64,000 nucleotides of DNA from a virus (Duplodnaviria; Caudoviricetes). The stretch is taken from positions 32,001 through 96,000 of IMG/VR virus record IMGVR_UViG_3300025936_000016. One strand, given 5' to 3'. This document shows, piece after piece, positions 35,891 to 45,352 of this stretch. Both the position numbers and the translations under genes were made by a program. The notes under the pieces were generated by a model that made no database searches, was not told where the DNA came from, and saw only the letters and a list, made by a program, of their open reading frames with translations. Numbering within the stretch: position 1 is the first letter of the stretch; the number at the start of each line of letters is the position of its first letter.

Positions 35891-36060
35891 CCCTCAGACT
35901 TCTGGAGATAGTGCCGTTCCGTGCGGCCATCCTTAAGGACCCGATGGATCTCGGCCGCAACGGCGCGGTCGGGGTCCGTCGTAGGGTTCCCAGAGGAATC
36001 GACCATGACGATGGACTCGCTCTTGACACCTTCGGGAAGATCACTGGATTCTGTAGCCAT
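35887..36060 (-). CDS. 57-aa protein convergent with the giant gene (not in the ORF track)
   Basis: GAGGT RBS; MATESSDLPEGVKSESIVMVDSSGNPTTDPDRAVAAEIHRVLKDGRTERHYLQKSEG. Confidence 0.6.
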   Translation of the reverse strand: MATESSDLPEGVKSESIVMVDSSGNPTTDPDRAVAAEIHRVLKDGRTERHYLQKSEG

Positions 36061-36093
36061 ACCTCATAGTATGAGGGAGGGGGTGCAACTGAG

Positions 36094-36312
36094 ATGGCAC
36101 AGACGTTGGAGCTTGTAGACCTGACCGGGGAGCAGCCCGAGCCCACCGGAGCCACGGCCACACTCGATGACACTGGCCGGGTGACCTATGAAGGCGATGG
36201 AGTCAAGGCCATCATTGGCAAGTTCCTCGTCGGGCATAGCCCCACTGACGTGTTCGAAAAGATGGCCGACTGGTCCAATGGGTATGTGATGCTTCGTACG
36301 AGGGAGGCCTAG
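36094..36312 (+). CDS. hypothetical protein
   Basis: GGAGG RBS, 72 aa. Confidence 0.65.
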   Translation: MAQTLELVDLTGEQPEPTGATATLDDTGRVTYEGDGVKAIIGKFLVGHSPTDVFEKMADWSNGYVMLRTREA

Positions 36313-36314
36313 AA

Positions 36315-36467
36315 ATGGGATGTAACTGCGGCAAGAGTAGTGGCGAACCGGCTGAGACCTACGTGGTCCGAAAGGCCAATGGCCAGACCGAGGAGTTCAG
36401 CTCCAAGATTGCGGCTGATATCGCCGCCACTAAGCACGCCGGAAAGATTGAAGTAAAGCGCAAGTAG
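36315..36467 (+). CDS. small MGCNCG-type phage protein (not in the ORF track)
   Basis: GGAGG RBS; MGCNCGKSSGEPAETYVV..., 50 aa. Confidence 0.7.
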   Translation: MGCNCGKSSGEPAETYVVRKANGQTEEFSSKIAADIAATKHAGKIEVKRK

Positions 36468-36481
36468 AAGCAACGTCCTGC

Positions 36482-36511
36482 TTGCACCTTTTGTTTTCCT
36501 TGATCTATACT
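36482..36511 (+). promoter_or_regulatory. promoter of the major capsid gene
   Basis: TTGCAC-N18-TATACT. Confidence 0.6.
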
Positions 36512-36583
36512 GCGCACATCCATGGCGAGGCCTGAGGGGCGCATGGAGGGTAGAACACGTACTCTTCGAGAGGCCCTTAGGTC

Positions 36584-38278
36584 ATGGATTTCGAGATTCC
36601 GGACGCGAATTCGCTTCCCCGTTTTACCGTCTCTGCTCTGCGGGACCTCGGACTTGAGGCTGCCGCTGCCTACGACTCCCTGCGCGAGACGCTGACTCCC
36701 GAAACGGCCACCGACGAAGACCTGGACACACTGGACGACCTGAAGTCGTTCATGATCCTGGTCGATGACGAACTGTCGACCCGCAAGAACCGCCTGGACC
36801 GCTTCAACGCCCTCACCATGAAGGAAGAGGACGCTGGAGACGACGAAGAGGCCGAAGGCGAGATGGCGGACGCCGAAGAGGCTGCTCCCCCGGTCGCAAA
36901 GGTCAAGAAGGGCGCCAAGGGCTCGGACACGACCTACTCGGTCGACACCGGCTCGAAGATCCCATCCGTGGTCGACATCGCCGAGTCCACGCCTCAGCGC
37001 GTGATCGAAGGCGAGATCGTCACGGGCGAGGAGAACCGGCCCCAGTTCAAGATCCTCGCCGCAGCAGACACCGGCTTCTCGGCCGGCGCCGAGCTGGACG
37101 GCTGGCTCGACGTCGCCAAGGCCTTCGTGGCCCGGTCCCGCACCCACGGCGGTGGCACCGCCCAGCAGAGCACGGTTGCCACGATCCGTCGTGAGTTCGG
37201 CAACGACTTCAGCGTCAGCGACGGCGACGATGACGTGACCATCATGAACAAGATCGACTTCGCTCGGGACGAGCGTCGTCTTCCTGGTGGATCGCTGCTG
37301 GCCGGTGTCGGTTGGTGTGCCCCCTCCGAGACCATCTACACCACCTGCAACCAGATCACGACGGACGGCCTCCTGTCCGTGCCTGAGATCGGCGCCCGGC
37401 GCGGTGGCATCCGGCACAACCAGGGCATCCAGTTCGACACCATCTTCGGCAGCGGCACCGGCTTCAACATCCTCACTGAGGCCCAGGTCATCTCCGACAC
37501 CACCAAGACCTGTGTGGCCATCCCCTGTCCGTCCTTCGTGGACGACCGGCTGAAGGTCGCGGCCCTGTGTCTGACCGGTGACATCCTGCAGAACCGTGGC
37601 TACCCGGAGTTCGTCTCCGAGTTCGTTCAGGGGGCCATCGCCGCCCAGGCCCACAACGTCAACCGTCAGATCATCGCCGACATCGTCAGCGACTCGGTCT
37701 CCACGACCCTGAGCTGTGCCCCATGGGCCTCGGACACCTCCGTCGTGTCCCAGGTTATGTCGGCAGTCGAGGTCGCCTCGGTTGACATCCAGTACCGGCT
37801 GCGTCTGCAGCAGAGCCAGACCATCGAGTTCGTCTTCCCCTACTGGCTGAAGGCTCAGCTGCGGGCAGACTGGATCCGGCGCAACGGCCCCATGGACGCC
37901 GACCTGGCCGACAGCGCCATCGAGGCCATGCTGCGGACCCGTAACGCTCGGGCCCAGTGGGTCTACGACTGGCAGGACTCCTTCACCTCGTTCGGCGTCT
38001 CCGGTGGTCCATTCCCCGGCTCGGACGTTCCGATCTGTGCCCTGCCCACCAACCTGCTGTTCCTGGCCTACCCGGCCGGCACCTGGGTGGTCGCCCGCCA
38101 GGACGTCATCCGGCTCGACACCATCTACGACAGCGTCAACATCACCACCAACAAGGTGACTCAGCTGTTCCTGGAAGACGGCTTCCGAGCTATGAGGTTC
38201 TGCCCTGTCTCCAGGGTCTACAGCATCGCCATCTGCCCGAACGGTAAGACCGGCCTCCAGCGAGACGTGACCTGCTAA
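36584..38278 (+). CDS. major capsid (hexamer) protein with N-terminal scaffold region
   Basis: GWCAPSETIY, PE....RGG, K.C....CP.F.D.RL, YPAGTW motifs as in mycobacteriophage cluster B-type capsids. Confidence 0.9.
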   Translation: MDFEIPDANSLPRFTVSALRDLGLEAAAAYDSLRETLTPETATDEDLDTLDDLKSFMILVDDELSTRKNRLDRFNALTMKEEDAGDDEEAEGEMADAEEAAPPVAKVKKGAKGSDTTYSVDTGSKIPSVVDIAESTPQRVIEGEIVTGEENRPQFKILAAADTGFSAGAELDGWLDVAKAFVARSRTHGGGTAQQSTVATIRREFGNDFSVSDGDDDVTIMNKIDFARDERRLPGGSLLAGVGWCAPSETIYTTCNQITTDGLLSVPEIGARRGGIRHNQGIQFDTIFGSGTGFNILTEAQVISDTTKTCVAIPCPSFVDDRLKVAALCLTGDILQNRGYPEFVSEFVQGAIAAQAHNVNRQIIADIVSDSVSTTLSCAPWASDTSVVSQVMSAVEVASVDIQYRLRLQQSQTIEFVFPYWLKAQLRADWIRRNGPMDADLADSAIEAMLRTRNARAQWVYDWQDSFTSFGVSGGPFPGSDVPICALPTNLLFLAYPAGTWVVARQDVIRLDTIYDSVNITTNKVTQLFLEDGFRAMRFCPVSRVYSIAICPNGKTGLQRDVTC

Positions 38279-38288
38279 ACGGCGTGAT

Positions 38289-38316
38289 GGGGCTGGGCCA
38301 ACCGGTCCAGCCCCCT
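38289..38316 (+). terminator. hairpin after the capsid gene
   Basis: GGGGCTGG...CCAGCCCC followed by CTT. Confidence 0.55.
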
Positions 38317-38341
38317 TCGCCTGACAGGAGGTGATGGGTCT

Positions 38342-39193
38342 ATGGCGAGCATCACGGGTCCGGTCTATGTCCCGGCGCCCAATCCGATCGTGCCCAGGTA
38401 CGGTCTCTTCCAGGTGGCCACTGGCCCCCTGGACCTACCCATCAATGCCCGCATCGGTGGCCTCCAGTACGAGATCTCGACGTGCAACCTGCCTCTCGGC
38501 TACGAGGTCGAGTGCCAGGTTGACCACAACAGCAAGGTCCTGACTAACGGCATCAACACCATTGTCGGCAACCCGTTCATCGTCTACTCGGCTGTTCAGT
38601 GCGACACCGTTGGCCTCGTCAACTGGGGCCCCGACCGGGTCAAGAAGTTCCTCTACGACCAGCTGGTCGCTGGCGAACAGGCCACTGTCGAGAGCATCTT
38701 CTCGAACCAGTCCCAGGGCGAATCGCCCGGACTCGGGGGCAACCCGGCCGTCGTAAACCTGGGCAATGCTGCTGGTCCCGTGCGTGCGGTCGGAATGCTG
38801 GAGTCCTGGCTCTACGCCAGGTATGGACTTCCCGGCGTGATCCACGCCCCGATGCTGGCAGCTCCGTACTTCTCTGGCAGCCATGCCGTTGAGAAGGACC
38901 GGAGTGCGGTTGGGATCTGGCGCACGGACGTAGGAACAGCCATCTCCTTCGGGAACTACGCCGGCACCGGGCCAACGGGACAGGTGCCAGCTACTGGGGA
39001 CACCTGGGTCTACATCACTGGGCAGGTAGCTATTTGGCGTACCCCGGACTCTGACCTCTTTGTCCCGGACATGGGTCAGGTCATCAACCGGACCACCAAC
39101 GTCATCACCACAGTCATGGAGCGTGAGTACGTCATCACCTTTGACTGTTACGTAGCTGCTGTCCAAGTAACTCTGAGTACGACGGATCGCTAA
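38342..39193 (+). CDS. capsid pentamer-type protein
   Basis: P....PRYGLF.VA, PF.VY....C, E...E..F, G.IHA, ER.YV...DC; follows the hexamer gene. Confidence 0.72.
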   Translation: MASITGPVYVPAPNPIVPRYGLFQVATGPLDLPINARIGGLQYEISTCNLPLGYEVECQVDHNSKVLTNGINTIVGNPFIVYSAVQCDTVGLVNWGPDRVKKFLYDQLVAGEQATVESIFSNQSQGESPGLGGNPAVVNLGNAAGPVRAVGMLESWLYARYGLPGVIHAPMLAAPYFSGSHAVEKDRSAVGIWRTDVGTAISFGNYAGTGPTGQVPATGDTWVYITGQVAIWRTPDSDLFVPDMGQVINRTTNVITTVMEREYVITFDCYVAAVQVTLSTTDR

Positions 39194-39570
39194 TGCCTCT
39201 GATGCGGGACTGGACCGAGATCACCGTTGAGGAAGGGCTCCTTCCTCAGGTGGTCGGAGAACTGCTTGCCCTAGCAGAGAGTCCCAATCACGTCGAGGTC
39301 ACTTACGGCGTGACCGGCCGCGTAATCCTGGCCGAATCAAGCTTGGCCGAACGCTGGTTCCAGGAAGTGAACAAGACGCCAGAAGAGCATCCAGATACCA
39401 CTGTCCAAGGGCATGGTTACGAAGTAGTTGCTAATGAAGAATTTGACGCAGCAGATACTGCTAGCGGAGCTTCTGAGCTAGCAACACTCCCCGTCAAACG
39501 GGGGCCTGGGCGACCCAGGAAGACGATTCCAGTCCCACCCTCCGCTTCTGATGGCGAGGAGAAGTCATGA
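39193..39570 (+). CDS. hypothetical protein with AT-hook-like motif
   Basis: KRGPGRPRK. Confidence 0.7.
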   Translation: MPLMRDWTEITVEEGLLPQVVGELLALAESPNHVEVTYGVTGRVILAESSLAERWFQEVNKTPEEHPDTTVQGHGYEVVANEEFDAADTASGASELATLPVKRGPGRPRKTIPVPPSASDGEEKS

Positions 39571-40262
39571 CGGCCGTTTGTTTTACCCCCTTCAAGATCC
39601 CTCGGGTCCGGATCACCAAGCTCAACTCCTGTGGCCAGGTCGTCACTGGCTCCTGCTCGCAGGTCGTGAGCGACGGCATCATCTCGGTCGAAATGACCAA
39701 GAACTACGAGGACCGGGAAGAGTTCTTCGTCAAGAACGGTGACGGCACCTTCTGTGTCCGCGAGACCACGCCCCCGATCCTGAAGTGGATCGACCTGGTC
39801 ATCACCTTCTGCAACGTCGACCCGGACATAGTCAATCTCGCTGCTAACCAAGTCTTGTACACATCAAATGATGCTGCAGCAACAAAGATTGGTTGGTCCA
39901 CGGACGAGAATGCAGCAGCTGGCGTCAACTTTGCCCTGGAGGGCTGGACCAGGCTATCGGGGACAGGAGCCCTGTGTACTGGTGGCACGGAGTACGGCTA
40001 CGTCCTGTTCCCCTGGGTCGTTGAGGGCACCATTGGTGACATGACCCTGGAGAACGGTGTCGCCAACTTCGTCATCAACGCCAGGACGCATGGCAACTCG
40101 CTCTGGGGCGTTGGTCCCTACAACGTTGACCTCTCTGACAACTCAGGAACGCTCAACAACCCGATCCCCATGTTGACCCCGATCCTCAGCACCCAGCACC
40201 ACCGCATGTTCATCACGCGGCTAGCGCCTCCAGCTGCCGCCTGTGGTTGTGCCGCCGTGTAA
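39567..40262 (+). CDS. major tail protein
   Basis: R.T.L..CG, E...KN.DG..CV, FC.VDP, FALE.W, YGY.L.P. Confidence 0.8.
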   Translation: MTAVCFTPFKIPRVRITKLNSCGQVVTGSCSQVVSDGIISVEMTKNYEDREEFFVKNGDGTFCVRETTPPILKWIDLVITFCNVDPDIVNLAANQVLYTSNDAAATKIGWSTDENAAAGVNFALEGWTRLSGTGALCTGGTEYGYVLFPWVVEGTIGDMTLENGVANFVINARTHGNSLWGVGPYNVDLSDNSGTLNNPIPMLTPILSTQHHRMFITRLAPPAAACGCAAV

Positions 40263-40396
40263 GAGGAGGCTGGGAACAATGGAGGGATAGTGAACGATGG
40301 GTGAGGGATGATGGATGGGGACTGACTAATTGACCTAGCAATTACTGCTACGTCAAATATCCCACTAGCAGCTACCACGAAAGGGGGTCTGACGCG

Positions 40397-41197
40397 ATGG
40401 TCATTCAGTCAGGCCCCTGCTCGTGGGACGAGGTGGACCCGTTCTGCTGTGCCGACTGGGACACCTTCGACCCTGAGCTTCAGGCCCAGGCCCTTGATTA
40501 CGCAAAGACCATCGTCTGGGCTGCTACTGGGCGCCAGTTTGGTCTTTGCTCACTCACCGTTCGTCCCTGCGGGCGTCAGTGCAGCACCTGTCCCTCCGGC
40601 TGGTACTACGACGGCTCCGGCACCTGGGTGCCATACATCTGGAACGGCGACTGGCACAACTGCTGGTGTGGCTCGGACCCTGGCTGTTGCACCTGTGACC
40701 CGCAGTGCCAGGTCTACCTCCCAGGGCCGGTTTCCAGCATCACCTCGGTTCGGGTGAATGGCGCATCCCTATCAGTGACCGGGGGCGAGTTCTTCGTCCT
40801 AGACCAACAGTGGCTGGTCCGGGTCAACACCGATGAGTGCTGGCCCCTGTGTGCCGACCAGAACCTGGCCCCGGGTGATGTCGACGCCTTCGAGGTCACA
40901 TACCTACGTGGCAAGCCGGTGCCCACCGCCCTGGCTCAAGCCACGGCATCCCTTGCCTGTGAATACGCCAAGGCCTGTCTTGGGCTCGCGTGCCGGCTGC
41001 CCAGTCGCATTACGTCCATCTCCCGCCAGGGTGTCACTATCTCCATGGTCGAGATCACTGACATCCTCAAGAATGGACTGACCGGGCTCTGGGAGCTGGA
41101 TCAGCTGATCATGGCCTTTAACCCATACGGCCTCAAGGGTCGCACCAGGTTCTATTCACCAGATGTCCGCGAACCCCGACAGGTGACGTGGCCATAA
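40397..41197 (+). CDS. head-to-tail adaptor
   Basis: W..TGRQFG.C..TVRPC, WP.C.D, LACE..KAC....CRLP.R..S..RQGV. Confidence 0.78.
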   Translation: MVIQSGPCSWDEVDPFCCADWDTFDPELQAQALDYAKTIVWAATGRQFGLCSLTVRPCGRQCSTCPSGWYYDGSGTWVPYIWNGDWHNCWCGSDPGCCTCDPQCQVYLPGPVSSITSVRVNGASLSVTGGEFFVLDQQWLVRVNTDECWPLCADQNLAPGDVDAFEVTYLRGKPVPTALAQATASLACEYAKACLGLACRLPSRITSISRQGVTISMVEITDILKNGLTGLWELDQLIMAFNPYGLKGRTRFYSPDVREPRQVTWP

Positions 41198-41207
41198 AGG
41201 AGGCGCT

Positions 41208-41756
41208 GTGACTGGACCAGAACCCATCCAGCGGCTCGTGGAGATCGTCAATACCCTCCTGGCCTGTGTCTGTGAAGCGGCTGCACTACGTCCCAATCCA
41301 CCGTTGCACTGCTGCTTGCGCGTAGGGCAAGAAGTCGCTCATGACGCGGACATGTTCAACGACCTATGCTGTGAGGGTCTTGGTTACGTGGCCCTGGGTG
41401 ACATCTTCCCGGTGGTGGACAGCTTCCCGGAGCAGTCCATCGTCACCCAGGCCAACCAGGTTTGCTCCTTCCCGTCCTGGGCCGTGAACCTCAAGGCCGG
41501 CCTCGTGCGATGCGCCCCAGTGGGCACGGACAACACCATGCCCACCTGTGCCGACTGGGACGCAGCTGCGCTCCAGGGCATTTACGACGCCCAGTCCCTG
41601 TCCTCAGCTGTGTGCTGCTTCAAGCAGGCCTGGCTGGTCCTGGAGCCTGGGCTCAGTGTGGTCATCGGGCCCAACACCACATCCACGCCCCAGGGCGGAT
41701 GCGTGGAACGCAGCATCACCATCCAGGTCCAAACGACGGTGTGCCCGAGCTGCTAA
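41208..41756 (+). CDS. Cys-rich tail completion/terminator-like protein
   Basis: G..RC.P, PQGGC motifs; position. Confidence 0.6.
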   Translation: MTGPEPIQRLVEIVNTLLACVCEAAALRPNPPLHCCLRVGQEVAHDADMFNDLCCEGLGYVALGDIFPVVDSFPEQSIVTQANQVCSFPSWAVNLKAGLVRCAPVGTDNTMPTCADWDAAALQGIYDAQSLSSAVCCFKQAWLVLEPGLSVVIGPNTTSTPQGGCVERSITIQVQTTVCPSC

Positions 41757-42238
41757 TGAGCACTTCCCGCGTCTACCACGCCCAGCTCTACACCCAGACC
41801 ACGCGCCAGGCGCAACGGTACGTGAACAGGATCCTCAACGAGATCCAACGGGAAGCCAAGGCCATTGCCCTGGTCGGGCCCTACACCACGGGGCGACTGG
41901 CCAGGAGTATCGACAAGACCGGTCCTGTCACCGAAGGATTCGTTGTACGCGGCAAGGTCGGCACCCGGCTGAGTTACGCCAGCGCCGTGGAAAAGGGCGC
42001 CCAGATCCACGACATCTTCCCCAAGCGCGCAGCCCATGTCTACCGGTTCGGTCGGGTCAGGCCGCCCATGCTCAAGTTCCGTTGGCGAGGACGGCTGGTC
42101 TACGCCAATCAAGTTCCCATGGGTCCTGGAACCATTGGTGTCTCGCACCCGGGCCAGAAGGGCAAGGGCTTCCTTATCCGGCCGCTACGAAACGCAGCTA
42201 TACGGCACCGCATGACAATTATCGTGTACGAGCTATAG
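41756..42238 (+). CDS. neck protein (HK97 gp10-like)
   Basis: TGRLARSI, YA..VE.G...H.I.P, V.HPG; translationally coupled (TAATG). Confidence 0.68.
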   Translation: MSTSRVYHAQLYTQTTRQAQRYVNRILNEIQREAKAIALVGPYTTGRLARSIDKTGPVTEGFVVRGKVGTRLSYASAVEKGAQIHDIFPKRAAHVYRFGRVRPPMLKFRWRGRLVYANQVPMGPGTIGVSHPGQKGKGFLIRPLRNAAIRHRMTIIVYEL

Positions 42239-42248
42239 CATCGGCGCC

Positions 42249-42611
42249 ATGACAGATCCAACTCCTGGAGCAGTGCGACCCGTAACCGTTCGGGACCGGA
42301 AAATTCTCGTCCGTAAGCTCATCGACACCCAGTACATGCTTCTGAACCGTTGCGCCCAGATCCTCACCCGCCCACACGTCGACAAGGGCAAGAAGCTCGA
42401 AACCATCGACCGGATGTTCACCGTTCTCGAATCGGCCATCGTCAATGATGAGGACCGGGAGTTCCTTGAGGACCTTATGGCTGAAGGAAAACTGGATCTA
42501 CGTGAGCTACTGGGCTTCGTGACCGTGTTCGAGGGCGACGAAGAGGACGACAGCAAGGTCGAGGAACAGCCTAAGGTTCGCCGTGCCCGTACGCCGGCCA
42601 AGCGCGCCTAG
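42249..42611 (+). CDS. tail assembly chaperone (putative)
   Basis: Position before the tape measure gene. Confidence 0.55.
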   Translation: MTDPTPGAVRPVTVRDRKILVRKLIDTQYMLLNRCAQILTRPHVDKGKKLETIDRMFTVLESAIVNDEDREFLEDLMAEGKLDLRELLGFVTVFEGDEEDDSKVEEQPKVRRARTPAKRA

Positions 42612-43179
42612 CCGTCCAGCACTGCCTCCTACCCAGGAATCCACCCGAGTCATTGTTCCGAAGCAGAACAAAGACCCGATCTGGTCGCTAAGGCCCTGGC
42701 CGATCGTCCTCGCTGTCGGTGGCCGGGACTTCGACGTGCCCGCCATGGTCGCCACGGACTGGCTCGTGTACCTGATGGCCGATCCAATGGACATTGACGG
42801 CCTCATCGAGGAGATCATTCCAGACCTGGACAAAGCGATCTATGAGCTGGAGATCGACCTCGGCGAAGCTTACTTTGCGTGCTTGGACCTGATCACTACG
42901 GTAGCGGCTCGGTCCTGGTGGATCGCAGCTCGCCTCGTATACATAGCGGCTCAGTCTTGGCACGTCATCGGGCCCAAACTCATTGACCGGGGCGCTGATC
43001 CCAATACCCTCTCCCTGGCCGCATGGCTTGATGTCCTCCTGGTCACCGTTCTCGACAACATGGACCCGAAAGACACCACCATGTTCGTCATGAAACTGGA
43101 AGCTGCCCCGGCTACTGAGTCGGCACCGGAGGAGGAGATGGAAATGGACCGGGATGCCTTCCTTTCCATGGGTGGTTAG
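42583..43179 (+). CDS. second tail assembly chaperone-like protein
   Basis: Overlaps the previous gene and precedes the tape measure gene. Confidence 0.55.
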   Translation: MPVRRPSAPSRPALPPTQESTRVIVPKQNKDPIWSLRPWPIVLAVGGRDFDVPAMVATDWLVYLMADPMDIDGLIEEIIPDLDKAIYELEIDLGEAYFACLDLITTVAARSWWIAARLVYIAAQSWHVIGPKLIDRGADPNTLSLAAWLDVLLVTVLDNMDPKDTTMFVMKLEAAPATESAPEEEMEMDRDAFLSMGG

Positions 43180-43249
43180 TTACACTGTTGCCAGCGTCGC
43201 TTAGCCATGCTCGCACGCATCATCACTAGTTCTGAGGGGTGGTGTCGCC

Positions 43250-45343
43250 GTGACTAGGCCGCCGGTCGGTGAGGTCTTTGTCGACGTCCACGCCAATACC
43301 GACAAAGTCGATCCCGAGATGGAGGCTGGCCTTAAGAAGGCCGCCGCTGAAGCGGATGACGAACTTGATGATGTAGGTAAAAAATGGGGCAAGACCCTTG
43401 GCGACGCCATGGAGAAGGAGCTTGAGAAGAACGGCCCCGACCTGGCCCGTTCGGTCCAGCGGGGAGTCGACCGGGAGCGCGTCGTCAGCAAGGTCGTCGT
43501 TGAGTACGACTCCGAGGGCAATGCCAGTCGACGCTGGGTCACCACGGTGGCCCGGGACCTGGAACGGAAGGTCAGGGATTCGGTCTCTGGCGGTGGCGCA
43601 ACCGGAGGGCCCTTCAGCAAGGTCAGTCAGGCCATCTCGGATGCCATCGGGGCTGGCTTCAACATCTCTGGTAGATCGCCCCTGATCGCGTTCCTGGTTC
43701 CGTTGGTCGGATTCATTGGCGAGCTGATTGTGGGTGCCATCCAAGGCGCCAGTGCCTTGGTCCCGGTCCTCCTCTCCATCCCCGGCCTCATCGGCGCCAT
43801 CGCCATCCAGGCCGGAGTCCTGCTCGCTGCCTTCCAGGGCGTGGGCACAGCCATTCAGGGCGCCTTCGCGGCCAAGAATGCTGACGAGCTGAAGAAGGCC
43901 CTGGAGGGCCTGACCCCAGCCGCCCAGGCGTTCGTCAAGTCGCTGCTGCCCATGAAGGACTTCCTCAAGGCCGTCCAGGACATCGCCCAAGAGAAGTTCT
44001 TCGTGGCCTTCGGCAATTCCATCGATGTCATGGTCAAGGCCCTGGGTGGAATCGTCTACGCCAACATCGGAGGACTGGCCGACGCCCTGGGCAACCTGGG
44101 CCGGACCATCGTGACCTTCTTCGCCGACCCTACGTTCACCCGGTTCTTCATATGGCTGTTCTCGTACACAGTCAAATGGGTCAATGACTTCTCAACAGCC
44201 ATAGAGAGCTTCCTCCGGGGCCTGGCCAACATCGGCTACGCCCTCATGCCGTTCATGGACTGGCTCGGCGAAGGTCTCAACGACGCCCTCAGGAAGTTCG
44301 GCGACTACCTCAGTAACCTCTCCACCGACCAGGACTTCCTCACGTGGGTAGACCACATGAAGTCCAGCCTGAGCGCCCTGGGCGATGTCCTGAAGGCGGC
44401 CTTGGGCGTCGTGGTTAACCTTGCCGACTCCATCGATAAGGCTGGCGGCGAGGACACGCTCAAGAACATTGCCGAGCAGCTGACGGTCCTGGGCGACTTC
44501 CTGAAGTCGGACGTGGCCGTCAAGGGCATTGAGGGCCTCGTCCATGCCCTTGAGCTTCTGAGCGTGATCCTGATCGGTAACGTCATCACAGTCTTCGCCC
44601 TCTTCGCCGCGTTCGAGACGATCGCCGAATGGCTAAAGAACACGTTCTGGCCGTGGATTACGGACTTCTTCTCCAACACGGTCCCTGAGTTCTTTGAGTC
44701 AGTCGGCCACGCAATCATGACCTTCTTCACGTGGGTGGGGGAAGGCGTCTCGGCATTGGTCAAGGCCATTGGCCAGTTCTTCGCAGACCTACTTGCCTGG
44801 ATCATCAAGACGCTGTTTGACATTGCGGGCTGGATCACGACCCACGTCCACGACTGGGCTCAGGCCATCATCGACTTCTTTACCGGCATACCGACCCGAG
44901 TCAAGGATGCGGTGGGGGATCTGAAGGACACCCTGGTCCAGGCCGGCAAGAATCTTGTCCAGGGACTTATTGACGGCGCCCTGTCCATGGCTGGCCCACT
45001 GGGCGGCGCCATGGGCTGGTTGGCCCAGAAGGCCAAGGACTACTTCAACCACTCACCGGCCAAAGAGGGCCCCCTGGCTGGTCGAGGTGACCCCTTCTAC
45101 TCGGGCCAGGAGTTCGTTCAAAGGCTCGCCGCCGGTATGACCATGGAGGCACCAGTGCTAGCGGCAGCTAGCAACAATCTGGCTACCAACATCTACTTTG
45201 GCCCCGGGTCTGTGCAGCAAGGATTCTATGGAGCGCCACCCACGGGCGCGGAGGCCGCCCGTGTCGGCAATGGCGCTGGGAATGGTATAGCGGATGCCTT
45301 GGCTCGCCGGGACGTTCGGCTAGCTGTCAGAGCAATGGCCTAG
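43250..45343 (+). CDS. tape measure protein
   Basis: VGE.FV.V.A N-terminus, Ala/Gly helical repeats, SPAKEGPL.G C-terminal motif. Confidence 0.82.
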   Translation: MTRPPVGEVFVDVHANTDKVDPEMEAGLKKAAAEADDELDDVGKKWGKTLGDAMEKELEKNGPDLARSVQRGVDRERVVSKVVVEYDSEGNASRRWVTTVARDLERKVRDSVSGGGATGGPFSKVSQAISDAIGAGFNISGRSPLIAFLVPLVGFIGELIVGAIQGASALVPVLLSIPGLIGAIAIQAGVLLAAFQGVGTAIQGAFAAKNADELKKALEGLTPAAQAFVKSLLPMKDFLKAVQDIAQEKFFVAFGNSIDVMVKALGGIVYANIGGLADALGNLGRTIVTFFADPTFTRFFIWLFSYTVKWVNDFSTAIESFLRGLANIGYALMPFMDWLGEGLNDALRKFGDYLSNLSTDQDFLTWVDHMKSSLSALGDVLKAALGVVVNLADSIDKAGGEDTLKNIAEQLTVLGDFLKSDVAVKGIEGLVHALELLSVILIGNVITVFALFAAFETIAEWLKNTFWPWITDFFSNTVPEFFESVGHAIMTFFTWVGEGVSALVKAIGQFFADLLAWIIKTLFDIAGWITTHVHDWAQAIIDFFTGIPTRVKDAVGDLKDTLVQAGKNLVQGLIDGALSMAGPLGGAMGWLAQKAKDYFNHSPAKEGPLAGRGDPFYSGQEFVQRLAAGMTMEAPVLAAASNNLATNIYFGPGSVQQGFYGAPPTGAEAARVGNGAGNGIADALARRDVRLAVRAMA

Positions 45344-45352
45344 GAGTAATGG

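Noticed and set aside
42560-42611. Programmed -1 frameshift in the tail chaperone genes
   Set aside because: The second ORF is in the +1 frame and no XXXYYYZ slippery site is seen.
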